Assembly (NCBI GenBank): GCA_965645245.1
Contig: OZ287070.1
Span: forward strand, 1,860,001 to 1,924,000
Source: Massalongia carnosa
Lineage: Eukaryota
Direction of reading: 5' to 3'
Length of the DNA stretch: 64,000 bases
The notes beneath the pieces are model-generated. The model was not told the origin of the DNA. It ran no database searches and saw only the letters and a program-made list of their open reading frames with translations. Position 1 is the first letter of the stretch. Every line of letters starts with the position of its first letter. Below, in pieces: positions 11,473 to 24,810 of the stretch. The translations under genes were made by a program, and so were the position numbers.

Positions 11473-14047
11473 CTTATCAAAAAGATGACGTATGGAAACT
11501 GTAATATAGGCTTAATCAGCTTTGTATTGAAAGGTCATACAGTATTTCAAAGGTATTGATACCAAGTATTACCTGAATATTTGGTCCACGATAGAGTTCT
11601 TATCATCATTGTCCATCAACAAATACGCTGCCCATGGTGGCATCTGATACGCATCATAGATCTATTGTTTGTACCTAAAACTTTTGCACAACCTCCGAGT
11701 TGGTGTTCTTACCTTTATAATGCATAAGACCTGGCCTGGCCATGAAGAGAGCCCCGCGATTCACATTTCATGGTCATAGTTCGCAGCAACCTAACCGCTG
11801 AGAAACGAATATCTATGAGTATCATCACAAATGAACCCAACATCGCTCCTGGCTTAATCAAGCAAAGACTTTGTTATTTTCCACACGCATACATGGCTCC
11901 AACGAGATTAGCACGTACGATTAGAAAACAACAATAATTCCTTTGGATCAATCTCTCGTTGCATTGCGTTTAGGAATTTTGCATATCGAACATGATAGGA
12001 TTCTGTTAGTAACACTGATGAAGGACCATTCGAAATAGCAGATCTGTAGGTGATTTATTGAAGTGGATCTGAATCATATGCTTCACATCTTGGCCCAAAG
12101 CCATCTTAATACTGCGAACAACGTATCTTGGTTAGGATGCTTATTCGGCTTTTCTGAACCCTCATGCTGACTGTTGTGTTGTTGCTATAGTGTTTCTTGG
12201 CTTAAAAGTAGCATACTTTGGGCGCTGCGTACTATCCTGGCTACGGCCTACATAAACATCATTACTAGCAGGTCTCTAATCCTATCTACATATTTAGTTA
12301 CCCTGAACCTGCTCGACTTGAACGAGCATGTTTAAGGCGATCATGCTGGAAAAGCTTGGGATGAAAACAGGTCCCCAAGACTATAATCAAGTGTTAATAA
12401 TCGACTTAAAGGTGGCCTGATGAAACGAACCCAAATGCTAAGCACGCCGTGGGATAACTACTATAATTATGGCGTTTTAGGGATCATTAAGCCTACCCCG
12501 ACCTCTTTTATATAAAATTCGGTACATTTGTCAAGGTACATGGGAAGAGCTACCTGAACCCGAACAGAAAACTCCAGAGGGTACGACCCGTGTCGCCGTC
12601 TTTGGTGTTCACCCTTTTCTTATGAGCTGGAGTGTACGTGTTACACGTCAGGAATTACAAGTCGCTGGGAATTTTCTTGAACTGGTTTTTTACATCTCTC
12701 CTCTTTCTGGGTGACTTTGTGCCTCAACCCGTCTAGCGGGGATTTGGAAATCTTTGCTAGATTTTCTCACTCAAATGGCTGGTAGCTCAATCAATCCGTT
12801 CTTTTCGCCGTTGTCGTAAGCTGGAGTTCGAGAGCCGGTGTTCTTTTGGTATCTCGTTCTAGAATCTTTGTACTTTCAAACGTCTTGAGACTGCGGTTGC
12901 TTGGCAATGATGTGTAGAATTTCTATTTGTTCAATTTCCAAACTTCTCATTGTCGCTACAATCTCTCTTCTCGTTAGCTCTACCAGAAATTTTTGCGGCA
13001 GGCCAGCGTGGACCTCTACATGCGATGAACTTTCAGTACCACTTTAAGACATCATTAGGTCCAATACCTCGAGTCTTCACACTCAAATTTGTTCCGATTA
13101 AATTTGAGCAGCTGAGAGTGATTACTCTTTTGTGTCCCTTCAAAAGTTTTTGGTCGCCTTGTTTGCCATCGACGATTCACTGGTCGAAGACTGTCGATCT
13201 TCTCTAAGGGTTTCCCATCGCCTCATCGATGTTGTGTGACCTGTGCGCTCGAGCATCCATTTCGGACTACTTACTAAAAAGCTGCGAGGATCGCCGAGCC
13301 AATCCCTTTTCGCTAGGTACTACAGAGCGAAGGCTGATGGATGAAGGCCTCGGACCATAGGGCCTGGTGGCAGCTTCTCGATGCCTAAGCGGCGTGGTGT
13401 ATTTGATATGGCGACTCGGTGCGTTGAGCTACGGGCAGGGGACTTTTGTGCGACTGACTGGGAAGGAGCTGCGGGCAAGGCGTAGCCTGTCGGCCGTGTG
13501 GCAAGGGACATGCGCTAAATCCAAAAAGCCAAGCGAGGTGTTGATTGGACGGTGGCTGGACGAGGATGAGATTTTGAGGAGTTCACCACTTTCCAACACT
13601 TTACTTTTCATCATCTTACCATTCACAGCGAAAGCGATTTGGGTTCTGATTCTATTGTCGTCTTCGAGTGTACCATAGACATACATCTACGCGATTCATC
13701 TTCGATCATCAATAAGAAGGGTACAATACCAGTGGCTTCTTCAAGGCAGAACCTTACGTAATGTGCTATCTTTCGTATGTAGTATTTTACTTTGTGGTCC
13801 GGGTGGTTCGCATTGTCGCTCGCGCGCACCTTTTTTCGCTCGCAATTTTCTCTCAGTCTCGAAACTTGCACGTCATCACAGATTTCAATCCTTTCAACGA
13901 CATCTTCCTGTCGCAAAATCTTCATCTCAACTCCATTATCTGAGTCTTTCTGCATTCTGCAACTACAACTTACGTGTCGCTTCAAGCAGCAACGCGTAGA
14001 TCCAAGTCTGAATAATAGCTACCTGTACGACCCGACACCCAACCATC

Positions 14048-16205
14048 ATGGTAGAGAATTCCAGTTCCACTTCGCCTTCAGCAGTGTCAGCGACGGCAAA
14101 CCCTAATAAGAATACCACGCAGGCAGATGATCGCAACCAAGGTGACGCGACCGCAGATGAGAAAGCTCACGCCGAAGTGAACGATAAGGCAGAGCATAAG
14201 GAAGTGGGAGAAGGTAAGTCTGGCTAGCCTTTATTATCCCGGTTTACGTCTGGCTAGCCTGACTTGTGATATTTTCTCCTAGCTACGATGAACGGTGAAG
14301 CTGGCAACACAGTTTCTACCGCAGACTCACCTTTAGAGAGAGAAGATGTGGAAATGAAAGGCGCTGAAGAAGCCACAGGCGCGACAGTTTCCGCGTTTAG
14401 TCCAGCAGTGGCCCCTACAAACGGCACTCCCACAACTTCAAAGAAAGCGAAACATGGATCCTCGAAGAAGAAGGGATCAGCGATACCAGAACACAAGAGC
14501 AAGAAATTGAATAAAAAGAAGTCGAAAGTCTCTCTAAATTTGAATGCTCAGCCTGGCGAGTATTACTTCGCCCGGATGAAGGGACACCCCCCTTGGCCAT
14601 CTATCATTTGTGACGAAGAGATGCTTCCACAGAGTCTGCTTGATACTCGTCCTGTGACGACAAAGCTACCAGATGGAACATACAAGAAGCCGGAATACGC
14701 AGATGGAGGCAAGCGAGCTTATGAGAGAACATATCCTATCATGTTTTTGTAGGTCACGGTCTACTTTCATATGATGAACATTCTCTAACTGTTTTTAGGT
14801 ATACAAATGAGTTGTAAGTTGTGCATTTGATATCTAAACTGCATTGCCCACGTTTGGTGTGGGCTCCTCTGAATAACTAGGTTAACATTTGCAATTAGCG
14901 CATGGATGCCTAACTCGGAACTGACGCCATTGGATGTTGAGTCCTTGAAAGAAACACCGGAAAAGGGGAAAGGCAAGGTCCTCCTCAAAGCTTATGAGAA
15001 AGCAGCTGAGCAGAATGATCTTGACCACTTCAAGGAAATGCTGGTTGATCACCAAAAAGCCATTCAAGAAGACCAGGAAGCTCAGGCTGAGCGTGAGGCC
15101 AAGAAGGCAAATAAGTCCAAGCGAAAGAGCGTGGACGGTGCTGCTCTAGTTGGTGATGCGGATGATATGGAGATTGACGATGAAGTGGTCGAGGCCAAGC
15201 TTAAGTCAAAGAAGCGAAAGAAGGAAATTGATAGTGATGCAGGTGATGGAAAGGTGTGACTTAAAGTAAAACATATGACCGTCTAGCTAACAAACGATGA
15301 AGCCAGCCAAGACCCCTAAAATAGCAACGAAACTCAAGCTCTCGACGCCCAAAACCCCAGCTGCCGAGCCTGCAAGCAAGAAGAAGACCCCGAAAACAAA
15401 GGTTAAAATTGCAGCGAAAGCGCATGGTAGCGATGAAGAAATAATCGAAACTCCCAAGGTTGAACAAACGCCGCTCACTCCAGCCGCAGCGAAGGAGATT
15501 AAAGAGAAGAAGGGTGAGCTGTCTGGACGTTTTCATCAAATGATGGGTTGATTTATTTTATAGTACTCTACTATCGACACAAGCTACAGAGAGGGTTTCT
15601 TTCGAGAGACACCATGCCGAAGGAAGATGAGATGAAGGTATTTTCGCCCACCGGCTATCGAAGCATTCTTTCAATATCTAACTCCATATTAGTCCATGTC
15701 AGATTTCCTCACTGAACTCGAAACATTCCCGGACCTAGAGGGCAGCATCATCCGTATCACGAAGATTCACAAGGTTCTCAAGGCTATGATCAAATTGCCC
15801 TCCATCCCTCTTGACGAAGAATATCATTTCAAGTCACGCTCTATTGATCTGCTAGCGAAATGGAATGAGATCCTTTCTAATGACCCGAACGCGGGTCCTG
15901 CTGGCGACAAGGCGGACGACACAAAACCTGATTTTACCCCTGCTACTACTAACGGAGCTTCTAAGGTAGGCAAGGAGCGGGCCAAGAAGGCAGAGACCGA
16001 AGATGCGGCTGCACCGGAAGAAGAATCTAAAGTAGCATTGGAAAAGAAGATTGGTACAAGCGTGGAAGGGGAGAAGGAAGCCGAGAAATCTTCGGAATCG
16101 GAAGAACCTACCGAGGGAGGCAAGAAGAGCGATGAGCCTGATATCGACAATGCTCCTGCGGAGGAGTACAAGCCACCTGCTGAGGCTCTCGAGGCTTCAG
16201 AGTAA
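14048..16205 (+). CDS. PWWP-domain chromatin protein; multi-exon, includes a 15-nt micro-exon
   Basis: ARMKGHPPWPSIICDEEMLP (PWWP core), YPIMFL-YTNEF-AWMPN, and C-terminal YRHKLQRGFL...TKIHKVLKAMIKL domain. All introns are GT-AG. Confidence 0.9.
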
Positions 16206-16753
16206 GTGTACGTTGTGAAGAAATCTGCGAGTCATTTGGAGGGGGTTTCCTTACATCTCGGGACATCCCCTCGGTGCCTCACGGGCACCATAACTAGGTT
16301 AAAGGAAGTTGTGTAACATCTTGCAAGCACCCTCCATCCCTTTCTGTCTTTCAAAAAAACCCAGTTGTGACCTATTTCTCCCATTTCTTTTCCTCCGTGA
16401 AAAACTCTTTGGGCTACCTATACTCGTCATGTAGGCCAAAAGGGTGGAGAAAGTCAGGATGGGGGATGGGTGGAAGTGTGGGGTAAAAGGAGGCGAAGAT
16501 CGGAGAAGTAGAAAAGGGAGGGAGTGAGGGAGGGGTTCATGGCGGCTTTGGAAGGAAGCGGATCGGTGGATTGATTGATATGGTCTATGGTTTATGGTCG
16601 AGCGGCCAGTCATTCGGTTCGGAAAAGCAGTGGAGAAGCTTTTCACCATGGACAAGGGACTGACTACTTGGCCTACATAAGCTAAGGCTGGACAAAGCTG
16701 GTTTTTTTACTCATTTCTGTCAGCACAACTAAATCCTACCTGAACTGCCTGGT

Positions 16754-16757
<4 letters not shown>

Positions 16758-16819
<62 letters not shown>
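16758..16819. repeat. (CT)31 microsatellite
   Basis: Perfect CT dinucleotide run. Confidence 0.97.
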
Positions 16820-16822
<3 letters not shown>

Positions 16823-17728
16823 TGCTCTGTTTTCGGATTAAACAGGTAGGTAGATCTTTCCCACCTTCCCTTTCGCTACTAGCCATGAAATGAGTCGGAA
16901 CTTTTAGGGTTTAAATTTTAGGTTTATGTATGTACTTTTGGGGAGGTTATGTTGGACAGGGAGGGGATGGAAATCGACTTGGCTGTTTGGGAATCTGGCA
17001 ATGAGGAGGGGTTACATATTATATATGGGGTTGCAACGGGGTTGCAAGGAGGCGCGGTGTTGGTTTTTGGTACTGAGGTGGAAATACTCGTAACAAATAG
17101 AAGTAGCCTTCCTATTTTCCGTTTTTTTTTTCCCACTACCTCAACTATTTATCTGGAATTCCCCTCGCTTGTTTGTATGCCTTCATGCTAACACGCATAC
17201 ATGATTGACAGGCCATGGTTCTGCTTATATGTATATATGGGTTCCAAGGTGCGTGGGAGGTTTTAGAGGGTTTTTTTGGGGGGGGGAGGGAGATGGGGAG
17301 TATACTTGGCTAGAGGGTTAAGGAAAGTGGATAGATGGCAGAAAATAGAATTGGGTGGATTGGGATGGGATGCCTGGATTGGAAGGTAGACAGGAAAGGT
17401 AAGGAGGCCGGAGATTGAAGGTGAGAGGAGAGGTTTGAGAAGGAATGAAGGAGTATTTGAGCTTTGCGGGTAGGAGGAGGGTCTGGGGACGATGGAAGGC
17501 AATGGTAAGAAAAGTCTGAATATAGATCGAACGGCGGTGCAGCGTATGGAAGTCAAGATGCTAGAATTTACTTCTACGTGGAAGCAATACCTAGTAATAA
17601 GTGGTCTACTAAAGCTCTTGAGCAGCGTAGGAGTCTTCCAAATCCATCTGATGGAATTGTTCAAAATATCTCAAGCAATTCTGATGCTCCTCTGAGGTTG
17701 CGGGCTTCTATCAAGGTTGAAAATTTTG

Positions 17729-19595
17729 TTATTTCACCGCCACTTTGAATGCCTCGTCGGCTGTTGGGCCTTGCACTTTTGCTGTACCGCTCGATTTTCG
17801 CAGAGCCATGACCTTTTCTCGTAATAACCTCTCCCGGAGTTCGGTGGCAGTGAGCGTGGCAGATCGAGACTAGAATCAAGTCTTTGTGTCAGCTTCATCG
17901 ATCAGGAGATCATTACTTGGATGGGTGTAGCTTGTAGGACAAAGGAGATTCGAAAAGTACTTCTTCAAAACTTTCTATGAATCACTACCCACCTCCTCGC
18001 TCTTCCCTGGAGCCGACGATTTGGCTTTTGGGCTTGGGCTTGCTTTCAATAATGGCTCAGCGGCCGGCGTGTTCCTTTCGTCCCCAGAAGAATCAGCGGT
18101 TTTGCGTCGTTTCTCAATAGGTGAGGACACGGAAGATGTATTTCGCCTTCTCCTGCCTGCCGGTGCATATCTCTGTATCGAGCGATGTCGTTTTCTGTCC
18201 CTTTGCCGGTCGGGACTACGGCTTCTGCTTGGGGGTGCAGGCGCGAGTCTAGTGCCTCGTTCTCGGCTGCGAGTGCGGCTCCGAGTATAGCGCCGCGCAT
18301 GATAGCTTCGTCGGTCATTGCGGTAATCAGCGCGTGTAATACCTGCTTCATGATCAGTGATATGGGAAGGTGATCTTCTTGCTCGACCCGACCGCCTTCG
18401 ATCTCTGCCTAGTGAACGAGAACGTGACCTTGATAAAGATAAAGAAGGCCGCCTTCGCCGAGCGTCCCTTGGCCTTGGCAGTGGGGTAGAGCTACGAGAT
18501 GACATGGAAGGAGAGCGTCGTCTCCGATTTCTTCTAGGGGAACGTGAGCGAGAGGTTTCTGACGGTTCAAAGGATCTCGCTCGATCACCACGTCCTCGAT
18601 TCCTCCGCCCTCCATCCCTGCCAGATTCTCGGCGTACGGGTGTTGGAGATCGGCTGGGTGTGTAGCGACGTCGCCGTGACCTGGGACGTTCGTCATCTCG
18701 TCGTCTTTGACGCCTTGGTGGTGTCCTGGATCGAGAAGGTGAACGGGAAATGGATCTTCGAACAACAGGTGAGCGATGGCGTCTCTCATCCAATCGTCGG
18801 ACATCTCGGCTACCAGGTATATATGTATCGACTTCACGCCTCGGTGGAGGGCCCCGGTACTCGGATCTCCGAGGGGGGCTGCGACGTCGGGGTGGTGGAG
18901 ACCTTGAGATTCTTATAGTGCGTCTATCGTTGTCATGATTTCCTCTATCACCTCGGCCATGACCTCGACCCCGTTCTCCACGTTCTCGTTGCCGGATGTT
19001 CTCAATATTCCTATCCCGGAGCTTCTCCTGTTCCTTTCGCTTTTGGGCTTCCTCGGCCGCTTTTTCAGCATCAATCTACGAAAAGGTATTAGGACGGATC
19101 TTTGCCTCTATGAACTGCTGCTAATACCTTTTCCTGTATCAGTTCTAGTTTCTTCGCCTCCAACAATTCCTTTGGAACGCCCTGAGCATTACTTTGAGCA
19201 CTCAAACATAATGTCCAGAGTTCCTTGCAGAAACTCGGGGTATCTTTATCAAGAAAGCCAGTAAGTTGGATTTGTAATACTTTTATATCAGGCTATGCGT
19301 TCCATAATCAGCGGGGTGTGGACAAGTTGGTGTAATCTTCTCACAAAGCGGGCGCCTTCAAGCAAATTGAAGCATAGCTCAATCACCACATCATCTTCAC
19401 TGCCTAGAATTTCAGATATTTTACCAGCAATCCATCTACGTTGTGCACCAGTTAGTCCATTGTTCAGGCCTAAATTGGGTGAACCACCTACTTCTTCATA
19501 ACCTCAACGTTCACTTTCTTCATGTCAACCTTCTGGTTGAATTCTAGAGGGAATTTTGTCTGCTTGAGCAGTTTTGCATCTACACTCATTGCCAT
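17729..19595 (-). CDS. PWI-domain SR-related splicing factor (SRm160/SRRM1-like); 5 exons
   Basis: MAMSVDAKLLKQTKFPLEFNQKVDMKKVN, WIAGKISEILGSEDDVVIELCFNLL, LQIQLTGFL (PWI domain), then a long RS/RP-rich region. Last exon ...ELRERLLREKVMALRK...VAVK*. Confidence 0.9.
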
Positions 19596-19995
19596 TGCGA
19601 GTATTGAGTTTGCAGACAGCGAATTGGCTGTCTAGTTTCAACCTGGGGAGGTGAATGATGTGAGAAGGACGGTAGACATATTGAGAGGGAGGAATGTCGA
19701 AATGTCATGATCCTGACGCGTCTATGTCGAATTAGAATACGTTTCACGCTTTGACTCGTGCTGTCGATATAGAATCTAGGACGTTGACATAGTAGTATAG
19801 TCCTGTCTATAACAAAGTGGTGGTCATGTCACTAAGGGATCCTTCCCCTTTCAGTCACCATCCACAGTTGCACTTTCCTAATTCAGGAGACATGTTTGCT
19901 CTTATAACTTACTTCCTTTGGCTTGAAAGAAACAGCCTCATTACTCACAGCATCATTCATTCGTTACCTATTGCTTACCATTCATTCTTCTACTC

Positions 19996-22177
19996 ATGGC
20001 CAACCAGACGTCTCAGGGTGCTGAAACAATAGGATCCAAACAGGCCAAGCTGACAAGGTGGCCCTGGTCTCGTGAAGTATCGGGTGAGGTGCCAACGCTA
20101 AATGCTGCATCGTCAGATGCTTCGATCTCTCTGCATGTTTCCACAAGCCAAAATGCACAGGTGGCGGCTGAGAAGAAAACGGCGAACCAGTCCTTTATCC
20201 CCCTTTCACCTACTCCTAGCGAAGTTGGCCCAGACGAATCTCCCGGTAACGCCGACGCTTCGATTTCCAGAGATTCTCCCATAGACCCCCAAGCCTCAAA
20301 TGAAGAACGTGCCCCACCAACTGACCATTCTGAAATGGACGCTCCGAGGCAGCCATTTTTACCCCTTTACCCGCATCCGATCAAGATTGTTAGCATCACG
20401 CCACCCGATAGCCTATCTGGACCTGATACTTCAGATCTCCCTATCAGCCCAGGAAGAACTAACGACGAAGGTCAAGAACAACCACATCAGCCTGAAAGTA
20501 CAATACCAAGCCAACATCCTCTGCCTCCTTCTCCTATACCACATGAGGGCGATGAGTCTAGTTTGCTTAGCATCAGTGACACTAAGGACACAAGAACAAG
20601 CCCTGAGACCATGCTTTCTGCTCTGGAGGAGGATCGAGCCCTTCAGAACTCGCCCAGTCGCAAGAGATCAAGCCACTCTTTTCTCTCAATATTTCCTGTC
20701 AGAAGCAAGACCGACAGAGTTAAATCTCCCAAACACAACAATATTGCAAATGATATGACTCATCCAAGCATCAGGAAAGCCCTTACATCTCCCCCAAAAT
20801 CATCTCCATCATCATCATCCTCAGATTCATCCGGGCAAGCAACTCTTCGAGCTCCAGAACCCTATCTAGGAAAATTAGTTAAGGGTATTTCTGATTCCGT
20901 GTCTGATGTAATTGGAGCAGTCAGCCACCCGTATGTATCCAATGGCCTAGCAGATCCTATTAAGCAAGGTTTGTTCACTAGCGCATGTCTATTAGACTCT
21001 AACTGAGCTGATTTATTTTCATGATCAAGATCAGGAGGAGCCACTGCGCCAACCGCTGGATAGCGGCAAAACCCCACTAACGCCAGCAGAATTTCAGAGT
21101 GAGGTTGTGGAGTCGAATTTGCCGATAGAAGTCGAGAGTCTAACAGACCTTCCCCGAGCATCATCACCGGACCAATACAAGCCTCGGAAGACTCTAGCTA
21201 AACTAGCTCCGCTGAAGACCATGGAACTTCCTAGTCAAGAGGACAGCCAGTCAACGCCGAAATCAGCAGTTTCTTCCAAACATGCAGATAGGGGTTCGCC
21301 GCTGCAAACGGAGCAGCCCTCGAACAACACAGATCGGAGGTCTTCGTTAAAGACAATCCATTCGCCAGGAACCGTAAATAGACCAGCCTCCCCAACGAAA
21401 GCTGAATCATCAAATAATGCAGACCTATCAGTCTCCGTGGTAAGACCCAACTCTCTAATGGCTACAGGTGAACAAAGTTTACCAAAGGAGGCTGACCATT
21501 CGGATAATGCGGAAGCTCTGCCCTTGTCGAGGCCAATGGAATCTGCATACAATGCAGATATAGGGTCCTCATGTAAGCCATTGGGGTCTCAGGTGGATGT
21601 AGAAGGATCTTCCAAACTCTCATTGGATCTGACAGTTGATCTGGGAACTCTGAATGAAGATCCCGACACAATAAAGGAAACTCGTGAACCAAGAGCCTCA
21701 GACCCAGAAGCGGAGAATCCGAGCCCCTTCTTAGAAAATCGAAAACTCCCTGTACCAAAGATATTTGTCGAAAGGGCCAGTGACGCAACAGACATTGATA
21801 TCCCGTGGACTGCGCCAAGCCTTCCAAAAGTTGAAGAGAAGCGTCACTATGGCAAGTTGGAGCAAGGTCCGATCGGGGTCTTATCCTCGAGAGTATCCAG
21901 TACACCAAAGGGGGTAGGAGGTCTACATTCCCCTATTCTACCCCAGATAGCCGAAAACGTGGAGGAACCAGAATCACCCAAGATACGAAAGAGAAACCTG
22001 TACGTTCGTAAGGCAAGGAACATTGCCGCAAGAAAGGTTATTCTCAAACTGGCTTTGGGTAGACAGCTGGCAGAAGAGACGAAACCGGCTTTAAGGCGAC
22101 TCGCGCATGGCGAACCCTATGGACTCGGACCTTCTGAGCAGCACTTTCGAGTCAATGTCTCAGTAAAGACCACCTAA
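19996..22177 (+). CDS. Hypothetical Ser/Pro-rich, largely disordered protein with basic C-terminal segment; intron 20969-21029
   Basis: ORFs 19996-21006 and 21107-22177 join in frame through a GTTTGT...GCTGAT...AAG intron. Confidence 0.75.
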
Positions 22178-22595
22178 TCGGGCCAGTTGGCAATGATGAG
22201 GGCGAACAGTGTTTCCAATTACAATTTTGCGGTTGTGGCGGGTCTTTGGGAGTTTTGCTGCATGAAGATTGACGAAAATTGATGACTTGTCTTCTTGGCA
22301 TCAGCTTTGAGCTTAGAGTATGGTGTTTCTGGCCTGTTAGAGCTTACGTGTGGTTAGACTGAGAGTTTTATCATTAACATATCTTTAAAGCGGTTCATTG
22401 CAACCGAATCTCACGCTTTATATGCCATGCATCTTCTCGTAAGCCAAATACCCTAAACCAGCCACGTTGGGGTCGAGAATGCAGGCCCCCTTCCCCTGCC
22501 CCTGGCCCCATAACCACCGGACCGACTTTCTTCATCAAGTTTTCGACTGAGAGGTGAAACAATTCAGTACTAGCCGCGACGCCTCAAACTTTCTT

Positions 22596-23067
22596 CTATC
22601 GAAGTCCTCCTCCTATTCCAGCCCGCCCGGTCAACTTCTCCAGCACCCCCTGCACATCCCTCCTCGCCTGCCGCAAGCCCTCGTCGACTCCGTCACGCGG
22701 CATATGCTTCATCTTGAACCCCTGGTGTAACTCCATCAAATCCGTTGCGCGACCCATGTCGATGTCTTCTTCTTCCTCTTCTTCTTCGACTACGTTATTC
22801 TCGCGGTTCTTTTGCGCGCTACTATCATAGGTGGACTTGATGGATGCGCCCGTAGGGATAACGAATGAGAGGGGCACAGTCTTGTGCACGGAGACGAGTG
22901 CGAGAGCTGCGGTTTGGTCCTGGATTTTTTTTCCCTTTCAGTTAGCTTGTGATGGATTTGGAAACTATGTATTTGTTTACGTGGGTAGAGGAATGGGGGG
23001 GCGGAGGGAAAAGACGCACGCAGACCCGAAGGGAGGTTAAGTCGGAGAGGATCGATGCGATTTGCAT
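22596..23067 (-). CDS. Small fungal hypothetical protein; 2 exons
   Basis: MQIASILSDLTSLRVC | DQTAALALV...RATDLMELH...LRQARRDV; intron GTGCGT..GCTAAC..CAG joins in frame. Confidence 0.7.
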
Positions 23068-23553
23068 GTTTTTATTTAATTCTTATTTGCTCGCTTTAAT
23101 TATTTCGATTTCGCCTGCGGTTTTGAGGGAACTGTAACTAAACCAATTAGTTCTGTATAAGCGTCTTTGAAGGTGTCGGGATGTGAACACTCCTACCTTT
23201 TGCTACCCGGAAGACGATGTGCAAAGCTGCATTTTTCTCTCTGTTCGAGTCAATAATCCGAAAGAATAAATAGACGGAGCAGCAGTTAGGGTGGATCTCG
23301 CTCGTATTCGAGCAGATAATTCATTCATTCATTCTTACGAAGTACTTACTCTGTACTTGGTTAGCGAGGAGCTATTCGTCCCGCGCTTCAGCGGAATACT
23401 TACATAACTATGACGTGTGCCCCAGACCCCTTGCCTAAAACCTACCAATGTGCTAACCTACCACTCGCAATCGCCTCATGATGGAGTGGTCTCGGCCCAA
23501 CTACAGCTCTCCTTTTAACGCCTTCTACGAACAATCGTGAAACCCGGCATGGA

Positions 23554-24580
23554 ATGGCATCGATAAAAGCCCACGCGCGCAAGGTCGTCTGCATTGGGCG
23601 GAACTTTGCGTCCGCTCTTCCCTCTCCCATTTCTCTTGCCCCTCAACTCCAAACCCCCTCCCTCCTCCCCCATCTAAAACCCCACCCCCTATCTCATTCG
23701 TTCATACATACCTCCACAACTCCTTAATCATCTCCAATCTAACCCGCGCGCCTGTAACCCTAGAGATCACATCGCCGAGCTGCGCAACGCGCGCCCCACG
23801 CGCCCGATCTTCTTTCTGAAACCGCCGTCATCGATCCTGCCGCCTGGCGGGAGCGCCGTGCGCCGGCCTAGCGGCGTGGAGTTGCACTATGAGGTTGAGC
23901 TCGCGCTGGTGATAGGTAGGGAGGTGCGGGATTTAGAGGAGGAGGACGAGGAAGGGGCGATAGGGGTCATTGAAGGTGTGTACGTGTGTGTGTGTATTTC
24001 ATAGGCGATTTTTCTGAATCCGGGAGCGCGGAGTTTCCTGGGTCCTACATTTCGGTGTGGGAAATTTCGGAGGAAAGAGAAGAGGGGGAAAAAAAAAGGA
24101 GAGAATTGAGTATATCGGCTGCTAACCGCTCCAAACCACCCTCTTCGCGAAACAGCCTACGCAACAGCCATCGACATGACAGCCCGCAACGCGCAAGACC
24201 ACGCCAAAAAGCACCGCCTCCCCTGGACCGTGGCTAAAGGTTTCGACACTTTCCTCCCCATCTCTGCCCCCATCCCACCATCGTGCATCCCGGACCCGCA
24301 CGCCGTGGAGCTGTTCTTGAGCGTGAACGGGGAGGAGCGCCAGCGCGACAGCACGGCGCTGATGCTGTTTCGCATTCCGCGGCTGCTGAGCGAGATCTCG
24401 CGGGTGATGACGCTGGAGAAGGGGGATGTGGTGTTGACTGGGACGCCGAAGGGGGTGGGGGCCGTTGGGGTTGGGGATGTGATGAGGGCCGGGGTTAGGA
24501 TTGGGGGAGTAGAGGTAGAGGAGGGGAGGGTGGAGGTGGAGGTTAAGGAGAAGGGGGGGTTGTATCGGTTTGAGGAGTAG
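23554..24580 (+). CDS. Fumarylacetoacetate hydrolase family protein (FAHD1/Fmp41-like); 3 exons
   Basis: KVVCIGRNFADHIAEL, FFLKP, LHYEVELALVIG, AIDMTARN, WTVAKGFDTFLP, TLEKGDVVLTGTPKGVG. Confidence 0.92.
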
Positions 24581-24810
24581 AGGCTGGGTGGGAAGCTGGT
24601 GGACAATTTTTGGGGGTTTGGGGGAAAGAAGGTTACTGGTGGATATGTGCTCTGCTTCCCTCTTCCTTCCTCTCATTTTCTCGTCTGCAGCTTGAGCTGG
24701 TAGGATGCTTTCCCCAGAAGCATTGCTATTATATTTCTCACCCGCCTCCTTTGTCCTCCTTCCTTTGGTCCACATTCCTTTCTAGCTATAGAAAATTTCC
24801 CTACAACTCA

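Noticed and set aside
11516..11609. Minus-strand ATGATGA...CTGA pair about 94 nt apart (C/D snoRNA-like)
   Set aside because: No terminal stem and no recognisable rRNA-complementary guide; the interior is degenerate GTATT repeats.
12016..12040. CTGATGA...GAAA hammerhead-like core
   Set aside because: Stem II cannot form properly (A...C closing pair) and no stems I/III were found.
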